Origin: Fistulifera solaris
Taxonomy: Eukaryota
Reading direction: 5' to 3'
Assembly: GCA_030295235.1 (NCBI GenBank)
Contig: AP026162.1
Coordinates: 682,001-746,000, forward strand
DNA: 64,000 nucleotides
Shown here: piece after piece, positions 25,945 to 39,058 of the stretch
Layout: the number at the start of each line of letters is the position of its first letter
Position numbering within the stretch: the stretch's first letter is position 1
Notes under the pieces: model-generated
Database searches by the model: none
Told to the model about the DNA's origin: nothing
The model's input: only the letters and a program-made list of their open reading frames with translations
Translations under genes and position numbers: made by a program

Positions 25945-26665
25945 TTTGGAAGACGATTGTTGAGTTGCCGCGAGCTGCTCTGAAAGCGTTCAAGATATAG
26001 GGCGATAGAATGAAGTCAGATATCGTTACCGATATGCTTTAACTATGATAAGCTTCCTTTCGAAACAAGAACCTTTTGTTTCACCTTCGTGTTGAAGCTC
26101 TTTCGCTCATCGCATTGCCGACGATTGCCGCACAAAAGAATTACGGAGTATTACGGAGTATTGTTTTGTGACACGTCGCGTGTCATTGCATACGTATTAC
26201 ACGTGACCGAATCCAGTCTTGAGAAAAAAATGTAAAACACACTTTGGACCATAGTACACGTCATGCGAATGAGCCGGGAAGCTTTGACGTTAAAAATTGA
26301 CCCATTCGTTGAAAATGTTGTCTTAACAAACTACTTACCACTTGCAGCATAAGATTGCAAAAGAAATGATTACCTCGAGGATGAGAGAATAGCCGAAGCG
26401 GACAACAATACGGTGTACGCAATAGGCTTCGTGACTGAAATTCAGTCTTGGACTTGACTGAATGTTTGTGAATGTGTTTAACCATGACCTTACCGTAAAA
26501 TATAACCACGATGTCGATATTTTGCCGACGCAACGATCTTTCATTATTTTTCATTTTGATGAAAATGCAGTGCGTCGTACGTACGCTCTCTCGCTTTTAT
26601 CTGCGATAGTCAAACTAGCTTGTTATAGCATAAAGGACATCTTGCACGTTCTGTTATCAATCAAC

Positions 26666-27600
26666 ATGTTTGCTCTTTCTCGCGCATCTGTTCGCAGCGT
26701 CTCTCGCTCGGCTCTCCGAAGGTGAGACATCATACTCGTTTGACATCCGTTGTTTCTCTTTTTTTTCGTCCACTCACTCTGTCGTCCGTCGCTTTTCCCC
26801 CCTAAAAACAGTTTCGGAGCAGTCCAAACGGCCGATAAACACACCTTGATCTTGGTTCGTCACGGAGAATCCACGTGGAACTTGGAAAACAAATTCACCG
26901 GTTGGTATGACTGTCCCTTGAGCGATAAAGGACACGAAGAGGTGAAGGAGGCGGGTCGTTTGATCAAGGCGGAAGGATTGACGGCGGATGTCGCCTTCAC
27001 ATCGCTTTTGCAACGTGCCATTCGAACTCTTTGGCATGTTCTAGAACAAACTGGACTTATGTGGATTCCTGTTCACAAAGCGTGGGAGTTGAATGAACGT
27101 CATTATGGTGCTTTGCAAGGACTGGATAAGCAGGAGACGGTCAACAAGTACGGCAAAGATCAGGTTCTCGTATGGAGACGTAGCTACGATATTCCGCCCC
27201 CGACGGTGGATAAAAGCAGTCCCCATCATCCTTCCAATGATCCTCGTTACGCTGGTTTGACTTTCCCGAGGAATTCACGGAATCCCTCGCCACAACCCTC
27301 GACCGCGTTGTTCCCTTCTGGAATAAAACCATTGTGCCCGAAATCAAGAGTGGTAAGACTGTGATGATTGCTGCTCACGGAAACTCTCTCCGTGCCTTGG
27401 TGAAACACTTGGATGGCATCGACGAGGCGACTATTGCTGAGCTCAATATTCCCACTGGTACTCCTTTGATCTACGAGCTGGATGATAACTTGAAGCCCAT
27501 TCCGCAAGCTGGAGCTATTGCTCCTTTGCAAGGGCGTTATTTGGGTGACCAAGATGCCATTCGCGCTCGAATTGAGGGTGTTAAGAATCAAACCAAGTAA
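26666..27600 (+). CDS. gpmA: Cofactor-dependent phosphoglycerate mutase with mitochondrial-type presequence
   Basis: [31 protein letters not shown]. Exon 1 [18 protein letters not shown]. Intron 26722-26811. Frameshift near 27270. Confidence 0.95.
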
Positions 27601-30035
27601 AGAATTTGTTTCATGGAAAATTTTACGGAGTATGATCTAGCTCGTTGTTTCCTAATGTACGGATCAAATTGTGGTTGTTTTATCTAGAACGCAATAAAGC
27701 GGCTGAAATGCAATCGTGGAATCATCGTAGATATGACACTTTATAAATAAGAGAGCTATAGGTGAAAGACCGAAAACGTAAAGACTCGGGCGTGTATTTG
27801 CAATGTCTGAAGGTGTCATTTGTTAGATAAGACAAACATAGCTTTCGATGCTAACGGAACGAATAGAGTTGGGAAGCATTCGGGCTATCGAAAGGAAATT
27901 TACATGGCTCATCCTTGGTACAAAAGGGGAAAATTTCTACATACGCATTTTTCTACGCTTTTTTCTACTGGGTAAATATAACTATAATAAAATAAGTAGA
28001 AGAGTTTGCGCCTGCTTCTTCCCCCCAATTTTTTGTCGTTGACGATGAACATCAAAAAGTGCTACGCAGCATTATTTCTTATCTATCTTTACGTTCATTC
28101 ACAAAGTACGACGCAGAAATCTTCTATAAAAGTAGGAAGAGCGATTGGTGATGCGCGGGGCGCGATTTCGTCAGCTACAGTTAACTTTTTTCGTGCATTT
28201 TATTTGTCGTGAAGGACTCACGGCATCTCGTTCTGGCGTTTTGCTGCTCCAGTAAGGGATGTAGGGAACGTCTGACAACAATTAGTAGTATTAAAGGCAA
28301 TAGACCTGCTATTGGTCGGTCGCAATCAGCGAAAATGCAACAATCAACCGGTATTCTTCGTTCATAAGAAAGTCGACCTCGATGACGGCGCTCGGAAAGA
28401 CTGCCATATTCGAATCAAATATTGCTAGCCACTACTTGTGGTTGCACCTCTTTGCTCATTTTTACAAGCGGAAACGATATATCGAAGTGTAGAACTATTT
28501 AATTCGAGTTATAAGTTCGGTTTTTCAGTTTAAACGCTATTCTTTCCTCTCTATGAGCAATGAGAATGTAGATAACGTCGTCATATTCTGCCAACTCTTA
28601 CTATGATGTTACAGATGTGTGATCCTGATCGACAACGATTGAAAGAATGATTTTATTCCCGAGAGAAAGTCGAAGATGGCTGCATCATGGTGCCAATGAT
28701 GGCACATTTTGGACGAAAATGACGTCGCATCCAAGAGGTCGTACAGCTGGCGATGCCATGGAAACTATACTCGCGCCCCAGCAGAATGCCTTTTCATGAT
28801 ATCTTTCTATCTATTTTTCGAAACCGCGAGTATAAAGATTAAAAACTTGGTAAGATATTGTCTATCGATTACAGCACTTTTTTTACACGGTAATGTGCGT
28901 GCTTTTTCTGTCCCGCAGGTCGAAAAAATTCGGAAACGAGTGTTTTGGAGCATTTTTACGGTCGGCGGACAGGGAAAGCCTCACGTAGAAAGTAGAAAAT
29001 GAGCCATGTAAAATTGGCTCGTGACTGAGATGCAGTCGTGGTTAAGGATAAACTAACACTGTGGGGTTATAGTAAATTTTGAAGACTAGGATTTTCAAGG
29101 CTTTCAAACGTAAAGCGTCAAGTCTGTATTTTCTAATGCTACTGGAGGCGATCGCAAATTAGTTTTCCGTGCAAGCTGAAGCAATTGAGGTTGAGTAGCA
29201 TACTGGCTTCAAGGAATATTGACTCGTGATTGAATTGTAATTTTTTATGGGATCGTCAACTTACTCTGGAAGGCTGTAGTAAAATATTCCAGAAATTTTG
29301 GACAGAATACTGTAATCTGTAATGTTTTAAAAGACCCATGACCACGAAAAACCAGCACCAAATAGTGTCGCATCCTACGTCACCATATTTAGCGCTTTCT
29401 GTCGCACAAATATAAATAACATATCAATGAAAAGCGCTTAAAGAGACGAATTGATCTATAAAATTAGATTTATCATATCTCTTCTAGAAAAAAGATAATT
29501 TACATTTTAAGCTATGTCAAAAATCGGTTGACGGACAGTATCAGTACCGCTCACAAATTATTAACAGTACAAAGGAGTACCGGTCAGCCGCATCGGCGAT
29601 CATCGCTCTTCGCTAAATCGCTTTTTTTAGTTTGTTGCTCTATAATCTCTAATTTGTTGAGAAAAGTAAACATATCGCCCAATTCCTTGTGATAAAATGA
29701 ATTTAAACTGAAGAAAATTGTGTGATTTATTTTTAAACCGCAACAATTTGGTTTTCAAGAACACGTTTTGGGCACTCGTGAGGCCTATTTTTGTAGGGTT
29801 TTTCGTCGTAAAAAAATGCTTACAAAAATTCTGTATATCTTCCAGAAATTCTGGATTTTTAACTGGGTAGAAAATAAGCTCATTGAAGAATAAGAAACAC
29901 AAAGATGACGAGAGACTTGATTATGCGAACTCTTTCTAGCTAGTTTATGCTTCCTATTCACACACAATTACCACTGTTTATTGTTCCGAATTAATAAACA
30001 ATTATACTTGAGCTGTTTGAGCGGCTATACGCAAC

Positions 30036-30909
30036 ATGGCGGCTTGCTCTCGATCGGTTTACCCTCCAGCGGTCGTCAAGGCCGTGCAGCGCCAAATGAA
30101 GAAACGTCAGGTGGGGCCGACATCGATTCCCAAGTCTTTGGAACTGAAAGAATGTATGGAAAAGACGAATCTGAAAGATGTAGTGGTGAGTTGACACTCC
30201 TGCCTTTGCTAATGAATTGAGCGAGTAATAATCTCATCGCTCTTCGAACAGTTAATTGAAGTCAAAACCGAAAAGGCGACGAAGCATGTAGATGAAGTAG
30301 ACGTGCTTCGGGGACAGGAGGTCATTAAACGTCACACAGGGAAGAATGGGTCTTTTTGTTTCGTCGTTCGGCGACCAGGTAAGAAAACTAGTGTCTTATT
30401 GCTTTAGAAGACTCGGCGCTCACAACATTGTATCTACCATTTACAAAGGATGATTTTACTGCCGCGAGCAGGCACTCACACTGTCTGTTCTCGCGGCTAT
30501 TTATCCGGAAGTCTTTGAGGGTTTTCAGATCTTTGGGATTATCAAGGAGACGGGGGTAGATGATGAAGGTTTGGTAGAGTTTGTTGACAAATACTTTGAC
30601 TTTCCTCTTTACTGCGACAAAACGTTTTCATTTTACCGAGCTCTGGGTGATCGAAAAATCGGAATCAAAGATATTCTCAATCCGCTCTCTCTTATCGGGA
30701 TATTATGTGATTCGATTAAACGAGTGGTAGAAAAGTCGGTCGACGGGAATTTTTACGGCGAAGGAATTGTTCAAGGGGGATATGTTATTTTCAATAAAGA
30801 TGGAAAACCACAGTGCATGTACCAGGAACAAACTGGTGTAGATATTCGTGTGACGGAACTCGTTGCAGCACTTGATGCTGTTCGCGGTAACACGGCTACA
30901 AAGTTATAG
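30036..30909 (+). CDS. Selenoprotein U / PRXL2A-like thioredoxin-fold protein with in-frame UGA (Sec)
   Basis: Introns 30187-30251 and 30379-30448 give FCFVVRRPG-U(TGA 30451-30453)-FYCREQA, in frame with GNFYGEGIVQGGYVIF. Confidence 0.88.
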
Positions 30910-30928
30910 ATGAGTTGAAACAAGAGCG

Positions 30929-30992
30929 GCGTGAATGACGGTGAAGTCGGTTGTAAGCAGTTTCGCAATCGGCTTTCCTGAACAAGTGACGC
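30929..30992 (+). promoter_or_regulatory. Putative SECIS element
   Basis: ATGA (30935), stem ggtgaagtcggttgt/gcaatcggctttcc, apical AA, 3' TGA (30979) and outer gcgt/acgc pairing. Lies 20 nt after the stop of the UGA-containing gene. Confidence 0.7.
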
Positions 30993-31141
30993 AAAACCAT
31001 TTCATCTTGACCAGAAACTGGGTATAGACACAGCTAGAGAAAATTTTGAGAAAGAATGGAAAGCATTCTACCTAGCCTACTAAACTTATTTTATAATCTA
31101 CTCGCACACAAGCGGTGCGTTATTTGTATCTACGAAAGGTA

Positions 31142-32410
31142 TTACACGGTTCGCTGTACTTTGCGTTTCCAATGATGCTCTTCCTCTTTTTGTTGGTTGG
31201 CGAGAATTTCGTATTTCATTTGGAATTGGTCTCGAGTGTTCATTGCCCGGGCGCGTTCCGCCAAATAAGGATACTCTTCCTCTAACTTACGTAATAGTTT
31301 CCACGCCATGCGCTTTCGTCCCGATCGAGTCTCAATCCAAACGCGATCAAAGTTTCGAGGAGAGCAAAAGTTTTGTGTGACGCCCACAGTATCTGTCAAG
31401 TTCAGAACAGCACTATCGAAAGATCAGGATGAAGCATGAGAATCAATAAGGAACGACATGAAATGACACAATTTCGTGTTCGAACACTTACTGCCACCAT
31501 CCGCTGGGAATAAAGACGGTTTCTCCGGAATTCTGTGTGAATTCGTAGCAAGCAAAACCTCGGTACTCGTCCATATGCTGACATGCCGCCGCTTTCTGCT
31601 TGATTCGATCGAGAATGAAGGTAAAATAGTGAACGGCTTCATCATCTTCATTGGACGCAATCAAGCCTTTTCCTTTCACGATACGTTTAGGAACATGAGG
31701 AGGGAAAAGTACCCACCTCTTTGACCATGAATTAAAGTGTTCCATGCGCTGGTTCCCAAGGGATCGATATGAACGGTCGTACCCGAACGCTTGGGTCCAA
31801 CGAGAAACCAGCGATACGGCGGACGTCGGGACTCAGAGACGAACCGAAATAGATCATCACGAAAGTACGAAGGGACCTGATAATCGGTTAAAATGCGCTT
31901 GGCGTACTTGTCTTCGTCAAAATTGGAATCGAATATATAGAGTGGCGAATCGTCGTTATTGTTTCGAAGATACTCCAGAAAATATTTCAATCTGACTTTG
32001 ACTTTATGACCATCATCATCCTCCCCGCACTTGAGTCGGCGGTTTCGCAACTCTTCATCTTTGGTTAATGCTTCCAAGTCCCAGCTGGTCACCGCTGGCC
32101 ATGGCTCCGTTTTCTCCGCTGAATCGTAACCCTCCGGAATACTTTTGATGACACAAGGAATTTCCTTGGCTTCATAATGTTCAAAGAAATCTTCCTTCGT
32201 CAATGTCCGGGCATCGAGAATAGCGGGAATGTCGACTGGGGCGTTTTCGTCGGACGGAATAAAGTGCTCGTAGTGTCGGCGTTCCTCGGTGACCGACTCG
32301 AGATAGCGAGGAAACTTTTCGACCATGCCATCCACTTCCCAGTTTCGAAGACTCGGTCGGTGGAGTCGTTTGGCCTCATCAATTGATTTATTCCAGTTTT
32401 CTGTTGTCAT
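31142..32410 (-). CDS. JMJD6: JmjC protein, JMJD6-like
   Basis: DDSPLYIFD, RRPPYRWFLVGPKRSGTTVHIDPLGTSAWNTL, GETVFIPSGWW, VGVTQNF. One intron and a frameshift near 31720. Confidence 0.93.
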
Positions 32411-32978
32411 GAAAGGATATCTTGTTGTACAGGTTCTTTTTTTGAAGTTGTGGGCGGCGCGTCGGCGGAGGTACAGTCCGTCAAAGACAAACTGAGAAAA
32501 ATGCGATAGCAAAGCGCCTTGTCAAGGTACGGCTCTAGCGAATGTGATATATTGACACTCTGAAGTCTCTCAAGTGCAGGAAATCTTGAATGATGATTAT
32601 TTCCTAAGCGAAAGTGGCGATTGAATGGCAGCAATGAAAATGACTTCGGACTTCGGATTTCGTCGTTCCTGGCCATTGTCGTCAAAGGATCGGGCTATAC
32701 TACACTGGACTACGTAGTACCTTCAGAACTCAGAAACGTCATTCATCGTGAGTACGAAAGGCTACCTATGCGACAAGTTATCGAAAGGCTCATTGCTGGT
32801 TGATGGTTGGGCCTTGGGCCTTTTTACGTCGTACCAAGTACAGACGACGGGCCTGAAAGGCGGGGGAGATTTTTTCGGAAATCTTTCATGACGACGATGA
32901 TTGCTGCATATTCCCCATCAACTTGTGTACGAAAGCTATTATAGCATCAATTAAACCGACGAGTTGCCTTCCTTGAAC

Positions 32979-33966
32979 ATGGTATTAGCACTCATCGGCA
33001 CGGGAGTGGTATGTAAAGGGAAATCGTTTCGAATTGACTCGCTTCTATCACTCGCTCATTCGTTTCTTCCGTCCATCTTTATAGGCACTCGGAATCGTTC
33101 ATGTCTTGACAGGCCCCGATCATCTCTCGGCACTCGCGACACTGAGCGCGAATAATGACAGTCGTACCGCTTTCTTTCTGGGTGTGCGATGGGGAATCGG
33201 TCACTCCACCGGTCTTCTGACAGTCGGAATTGTCTTTATTCTATTGTCACTTTCGTCGAATCAAGAAACCATCGAGATTCCCGAGGGCGTTTCACACTTT
33301 TTCGAATCCATCGTAGGAATATTCATGATCTTATTGGGCATTTATGGAATTCGACGTGCGCATCATCGTAAAAATATGGAACTATTGTCGGATCGAGATG
33401 GGTTAACTCGTGTCACGATGCGGGAGGACTTGGATGCCTCCATAATTCAATCGCGTGCCGGCGACGAGGCTGTAGATGACGATGAAGAAATCAATCGAGT
33501 CGAAAACGAACAAAAAGAAAATTACGAAACATTTCCAACGACAGGAACGTATGCTCACTCCTATCATGCGCACGCCCGTCATTCCACATTTTTCAGTGTC
33601 GACGAAGACACAATGGAAACAAGCCGTTGCCACAGGTGCACATCCAAGCTCAGTACAGGTATGATGGCGCTTGTGGCAGGTATTATTCATGGATTGGCGG
33701 GTCCGGGCGGTGTACTGGGTGTCATTCCAGCCGTACAGATGCATAATGCCCGATTGGCTGCTGTCTACTTGGGGAGCTTTTGTGTCGCATCGACCTTGAC
33801 CATGGGCTTCTTTGCTGTGCTCTACGGAACCTCCACAGTCAAATTGGGGAGACGTTGGAAGAGTGAATTTCTGGTGGAAATGGTTTCCGCGTCGTTTAGT
33901 ATTTTTGTTGGAGTTTTGTGGATTGTGCTTTTGTCGGTGGGCAAGCTTGATGACATCTTTCCTTAA
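32979..33966 (+). CDS. UreH/NiCoT-like nickel/cobalt transporter
   Basis: GIVHVLTGPDHLSAL, WGIGHS, His-rich loop HSYHAHARH, GIIHGLAG, several TM segments. Intron 33009-33084. Confidence 0.8.
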
Positions 33967-34121
33967 GAAAAATAAGTCTATGAAAATGAATTGCACAATT
34001 TTAACGGATTGTTTGTACATGTGGTAGTAGTCTATAATATCATGACTTCAACAATTAAGGAGGTAACAATGTTTTTATCACAATTATGAACAGAAACATT
34101 TTTAGTCTATTCCAATGAATC

Positions 34122-35162
34122 TTAAGTTGGAGGTTGTTTTCTTCTCGACCCAAAATTCAGCATTCCTTTCATCCGGCGACCAACATTCTGTATAGCCTCT
34201 TCCACCTTTTCGCTCCCTAAATTAGCAACCGTTTGCATTCGTAGTGATTGCAGCTTTTTGACATGACGTATTCCGGCGACAATTTGTACATCTTGGTATC
34301 CAACATTCCTCAGAATATTCTCTCGTCTCTTCCGACTGAGAACTAAACTTTTTCCTGTGCGACGACTTCGTCTGACAGTCTCAAACGCTTCAACGTCCAA
34401 GTATGGCAGTTCGTTGTATTCCCAATCGATCGTAAGCGGTGGTCCATCTGAGACAGCAGGGTTATCTCCCATCATGATTGGATATTCTCTCACTGTGATA
34501 GTGCTGAACTGGACCGTAAACCCCAACATGACTCCGGCATCCTTCTCAACCTTTGTTTCCTCTACTTTCGACTCTTCTTGCACCTTGGGTGGCTGTGTCT
34601 TTTGCGTTCTTTCCGCACCCGGTTCGGGGAAGTAGGATGTGATATCGGATACCACAGAGATATCGTCGTCAATATCATCATCACCCATAGCGGAAATAGT
34701 GATGGCAGAATCTTTGGAATGAGTCGATAGTGCGCCGAGAACACTTCCCTCATCTTCGAGATCCAAAAGTTCGGCACACCAAAAGTCCGGATGAAAGACT
34801 GCTTCAGACGCCTTGGTTGATGATCCTCCTGAACATCGAGAGCTCGATTCGCTCATATCGCATCGTCGGTGATTGTTCACCAAAGATTCGGCGATTTGTT
34901 GAATGTCGAGATGAGAATCGACCGACTTGTTAGAGCCCGCACAGGACGATCCGTCATCATTCTTATATGATTTTACCAATTCAGAGGCTACTTCCTTGGT
35001 AACCTTTTCAATGAAACCATCGTAGTCTGAAGTGTTTTTGCTTAGCTCTGTTAACTCGCTTTCTTCGGTAGTAGTCGTCGAAATGGAACTCCGTTTTAGG
35101 ATAGGTTTACCTGATTTGGTGCCGCTAGACCTCCTTCCGGTAGGAATATCAATGAAGTGCAT
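34122..35162 (-). CDS. Uncharacterised protein with a C-terminal motif common in diatoms
   Basis: 346-aa ORF with Ser-rich N-terminus and VQFSTITVREY...GDNPAVSDGPPLTIDWEY motif. Confidence 0.7.
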   Translation of the reverse strand: MHFIDIPTGRRSSGTKSGKPILKRSSISTTTTEESELTELSKNTSDYDGFIEKVTKEVASELVKSYKNDDGSSCAGSNKSVDSHLDIQQIAESLVNNHRRCDMSESSSRCSGGSSTKASEAVFHPDFWCAELLDLEDEGSVLGALSTHSKDSAITISAMGDDDIDDDISVVSDITSYFPEPGAERTQKTQPPKVQEESKVEETKVEKDAGVMLGFTVQFSTITVREYPIMMGDNPAVSDGPPLTIDWEYNELPYLDVEAFETVRRSRRTGKSLVLSRKRRENILRNVGYQDVQIVAGIRHVKKLQSLRMQTVANLGSEKVEEAIQNVGRRMKGMLNFGSRRKQPPT

Positions 35163-35946
35163 GGTGAAAGATGAGCGTGCCGAGGTCGGTGGTCAAATAA
35201 TTATGAAAAAATGGATCGGTGGATCGGAGGCCGACGAGTTCTCATAAAAATGGAGATGCTTTCCCTCCACCCAAATAATTACTGTAACCTTATCATGACG
35301 CCTTGCGCCTTCCGCGGAGGAAGACCGACTTTCGCTCGCCAGACTCTTTGGACTGCCCAACTTCCGCTTTTTTTTGGCGGAGTTTCCAGGAATTTCCCTC
35401 GAGACGTGATGGGAAATAAAGATATCTTGGATGCAATTACTTCCCTACAGAACAATCCTTACTCCTTGACCCTTGACGCTTACGGCATCGGAAAACGCCC
35501 TTTGCCATTTCAAGTTTCCTATGTCAGTGATGCACTAAATTCAAATTCAAAATTCGAAAGTCGGACTATGAAGAATACAGTCGGTCTATAAGATGAAATA
35601 ATTAGAATTTATAAGACCTCAAATTAAGTACGAAAATTCTTAATACTTAATAGCTAATATAGTTTCTTGGGCCTCATGACTCAAGATATCCTTTAACGCC
35701 GATGACGCCAATGACTGTCGGACAAGTTAGAGCTAAATGTGCGACGAGCGACGAGCGACGATTACCCTTACTGGTACACGTTTCCCACGGAGAAAGGATC
35801 CAAGATCCCAAGATTCTGTTCAGGCCCAACCAGTTGCATCGAAACACGAAGATCTGATACAGAACAGAGTGTCATTATACACTCTAATCGTGCAATAAAA
35901 CTTAATGGTAGATTGATGATTGACTGGTAACAATGAGTCACGCTCA

Positions 35947-36245
35947 GGCCAATGCTAACCGGGGCGAATAAATCAATATTTCGGAGAAACTCAAAGTCGT
36001 CCGGTACTCATTTCAATTTATTTCGAATAAATTGAATTGCTAACCGGTACAAAAAATGATAAATCGAGTACTTCAATCTATTGGCCCGAATAAATTCGAG
36101 CCCGAACGCACAAATTTTCGCTCATTTATTCGACAACAAATCGAAATCACAAATCGAATGCGGTATTCATTACTTAGAGGTGTCAAGTACCGGATGAACC
36201 CCTCGATTTTTACTTTTTCGCCCCGGTTACCTGGTAGCATTGGCC
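35947..36245. mobile_element. PIF/Harbinger-like MITE (299 bp)
   Basis: TIR ggccaatgcta...accggggcgaa paired with ttcgccccggt...tagcattggcc. 3-bp TSD TCA on both sides. Confidence 0.82.
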
Positions 36246-36802
36246 TCACGTGTCACGTTCGCACTATGGAGAGATCAGAGAGAGCAAGCAGGGAGCGAGA
36301 AGCGAGAGGAAAGGAAAGCTCTTCATGGAAAACAGAAAAACCTTCTCACTTCTCATTCAGACTTTTCACTTTGCATACAGGTAGTCTACAAAGAGCTCTT
36401 TGGTAGTCTAGAGAGTCAACTCCAGGAGACGCCATACACCGACCACTGATCACTGATCACGACCATTACCAGCTTCTGGCTTCCTAGCTAGTAGCATGAA
36501 AATGCAATTGCACCGTTTCTTTGCTTCTCAAAGAAAAGAAGGAAGCAACGAAACTTCAGATGTCTTCAAAGCGATGGTATTTCGGATATCTTTTTTTGCT
36601 CTTTGTCCTTCCCAACTGTCCTTGGAATCGGAAAAAATCTGAGGCTATAAAAATGTCGAGTTCTAAGAACACGTGACTAAAAATGGTAGTCACTCACGAA
36701 CTCTTTGTTGCAATAAGCGCACCGCCGCAAATGTTTCATCTTTCATCACTATGGACCAGCATGGCTAGTCTATATATCAACTTAACACGGTGAAACTCAA
36801 TA

Positions 36803-37224
36803 ATGGATTCGTTAGACATTGAAGAAAAAGGCGATGAATACGCCAAATTTTTGAGAACCGTGTTGCAGCCCAATCTAGATGCAGCTCTTCAAAAGAGCGG
36901 GAGGTTCAACAGGAGATCCAAGACTACGAAGAATTGATCGGCAACCTCCGAGCTGGAATTCCGTCGCACCTTTCTGTGGATCTAGGATACAAGAAGATTC
37001 ACTGCAACGCTACGGTCGAGGCAAATCAGCATGTCTTTGTGAATGTGGGCATGGGCTTTCATGTTGAGTTTGAGGTGGGCGAAGCTATTGAGTTCTGCGA
37101 GCAGCGCGTCCGTTTCTTTCGTAGTCAAGTACTTCCCAAAAGAACGAAAGATTCGGACACAATACGACAACATATTAGGGAGTCAGAAATGATTTTAGAC
37201 GCAATTGCATCAGGAATAAAATAA
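36803..37224 (+). CDS. UXT: Prefoldin alpha-like / UXT
   Basis: VDLGYKKIHCNATV...VFVNVGMGFHVEFEVGEAIEF hairpin between coiled coils. Frameshift near 36900. Confidence 0.8.
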
Positions 37225-37269
37225 AGGTACAGTTCACTATTATTTTGAACTTGATTTCGTTTCGAAGCA

Positions 37270-39058
37270 TCACGTTGATTTTCGAGCAGGGAGTGTGGAC
37301 AAGAGACGAAGTAGAGACAGCCCTGATAACGAAATGATACAGCTCGATAGAAATCCATCGGGAAGCCAAAAGGCAAGAATCATTTGGAAAGACCATCCAA
37401 GCCATCCGACGGGCGATAGGAGAAAACCTGCACGAAGCATGGATAAGAAATATGCGAGAACAAGTCTTGATGATTTATCCAGAAGCATGACCATCAAATT
37501 CGGTTCTCTGAATCCCTCTAGAATCAGTGCGAGAGGGAGATAACAACGAAAGGCATTCAGAATAAGGATGGAAGCTTCATCTGAGACTCGACTGGAATTT
37601 GTCCAGGACGGCTGGCTGGGAAAGCGACAGAGAAAATAATAGAGGCACATCGTGGAAATGACATGGGGTAAGAAGTGAGGAAGGCTGAAAAGCGCCATCA
37701 TTCTGTCGCAAATCATCGGAAGTGTGTAAAGGAGTAGATAGCATGCCAGAGTGTCGTCGTTGAGAGATACTTCCCAGCTAGCGTAAATGAGAACGTTCCT
37801 TCCCCCAACTGCGATTAACTGGGCCAAATTCCACAGGAAGAGTGTAACGTAGTTTAGAAACACCATCAGTTTGTTCAGCGATGGAGCGAGAAGAGTGATA
37901 ATTTCGTCCTTCTTGCTTTGAGCGTTTGTCTTCATCGAATTTGAGGGCTCGGAAAAGATACAGTTGTCGTATCTTGCACCTTTTGTCAATCTGAACTTGT
38001 TCTTTGTCGAGAGATGATGCGTGATGGGCATCAAAGACTGGAAGAGACAAGTCTACTGTATTACTTTCCGTCGCAGCTTTCCTACTTGGTTCCGATGTAG
38101 TCGAGATGTCGACATCGTGCGGTACATGGACTAGAGACTTGCTTGGCGACTCATCACTTATCTCGTGCGTGTCATCGTCTGAATCAAATAGCAGATTAGG
38201 AAGCATGGAATTGGGACGGGGTTGTGTCGCCAGAATCTTTTCATTAGAACTCGGTTGCGCCCCAGCGCGCCCGACAGAGCCCCGGTCTACGTCGTTCCAT
38301 TCCGTCATAGGCTGCGCCGGTTTATCAACATGTCTTGATACTTTCTTTGTCCGCACTTTTGGAAATGTAAATGTAGATTGGTTGGCGCGGTTTGCTAGTG
38401 GACTTGATGATCTCGCCCGTGGTACTGGTTTTCCTGTTGTATACGACTTTCCACCGTCTTCCATAGTTAGCGTATGACCTGGATGTCTTTGCTGTTTGCG
38501 CTCTGGTGTATCGAATGTAAAAGATGGAGAAGAGCGAATGACATCCGCAAACGAAATAGATCGGCTTGTTTTGACTTGCCAAACCGAACTGGCAGCGTTT
38601 CCAGTTACAGTATCCTCGGTTAAAGGAAATCGAGTATTTCCCGACCCTTCGTGCTCTGAAGTAGAACGGAGGAATTCAGGGGGATGAACTAATGTATCAG
38701 CAGGGAGTGCGTTCGCACTGAGGGAACCTCTCAATGGATAGTTTTGTTGTCTTGGTGAAGTACTATCAGATTGTAGCGTTTCAAGCAAACGGCTTTGTAA
38801 ATGTGGAGCGTGATCGATTATCCAGTGAGCTTCGGTATCGGCTTGCGTTGTATGTAAAGTATTCCATGGATTTAGAGATACAGGAGAAGCGACAGAATGA
38901 AGTGAAAATGTATGAGCATCTTCAGGGGATACACTGCTTTTGAATCCTACATCGACATCATCTTCTGGATCAAGAATACCTCCGGGAAGAAAAAACGCGT
39001 CGATAAGGGCTGCATCATCCTCCCCTTCGTCATCGCTTGTGCCGAGTTGGTTTGCCAT
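37270..39058 (-). CDS. Unknown protein with disordered N-terminus and multi-TM C-terminus
   Basis: Two overlapping long ORFs (426 and 254 aa) joined by a probable single-base frameshift near 38000. Confidence 0.55.

Noticed and set aside
29541..29977. Tc1/mariner-like terminus cagtaccgctcacaaattatt
   Set aside because: No matching inverted partner or TA duplication found
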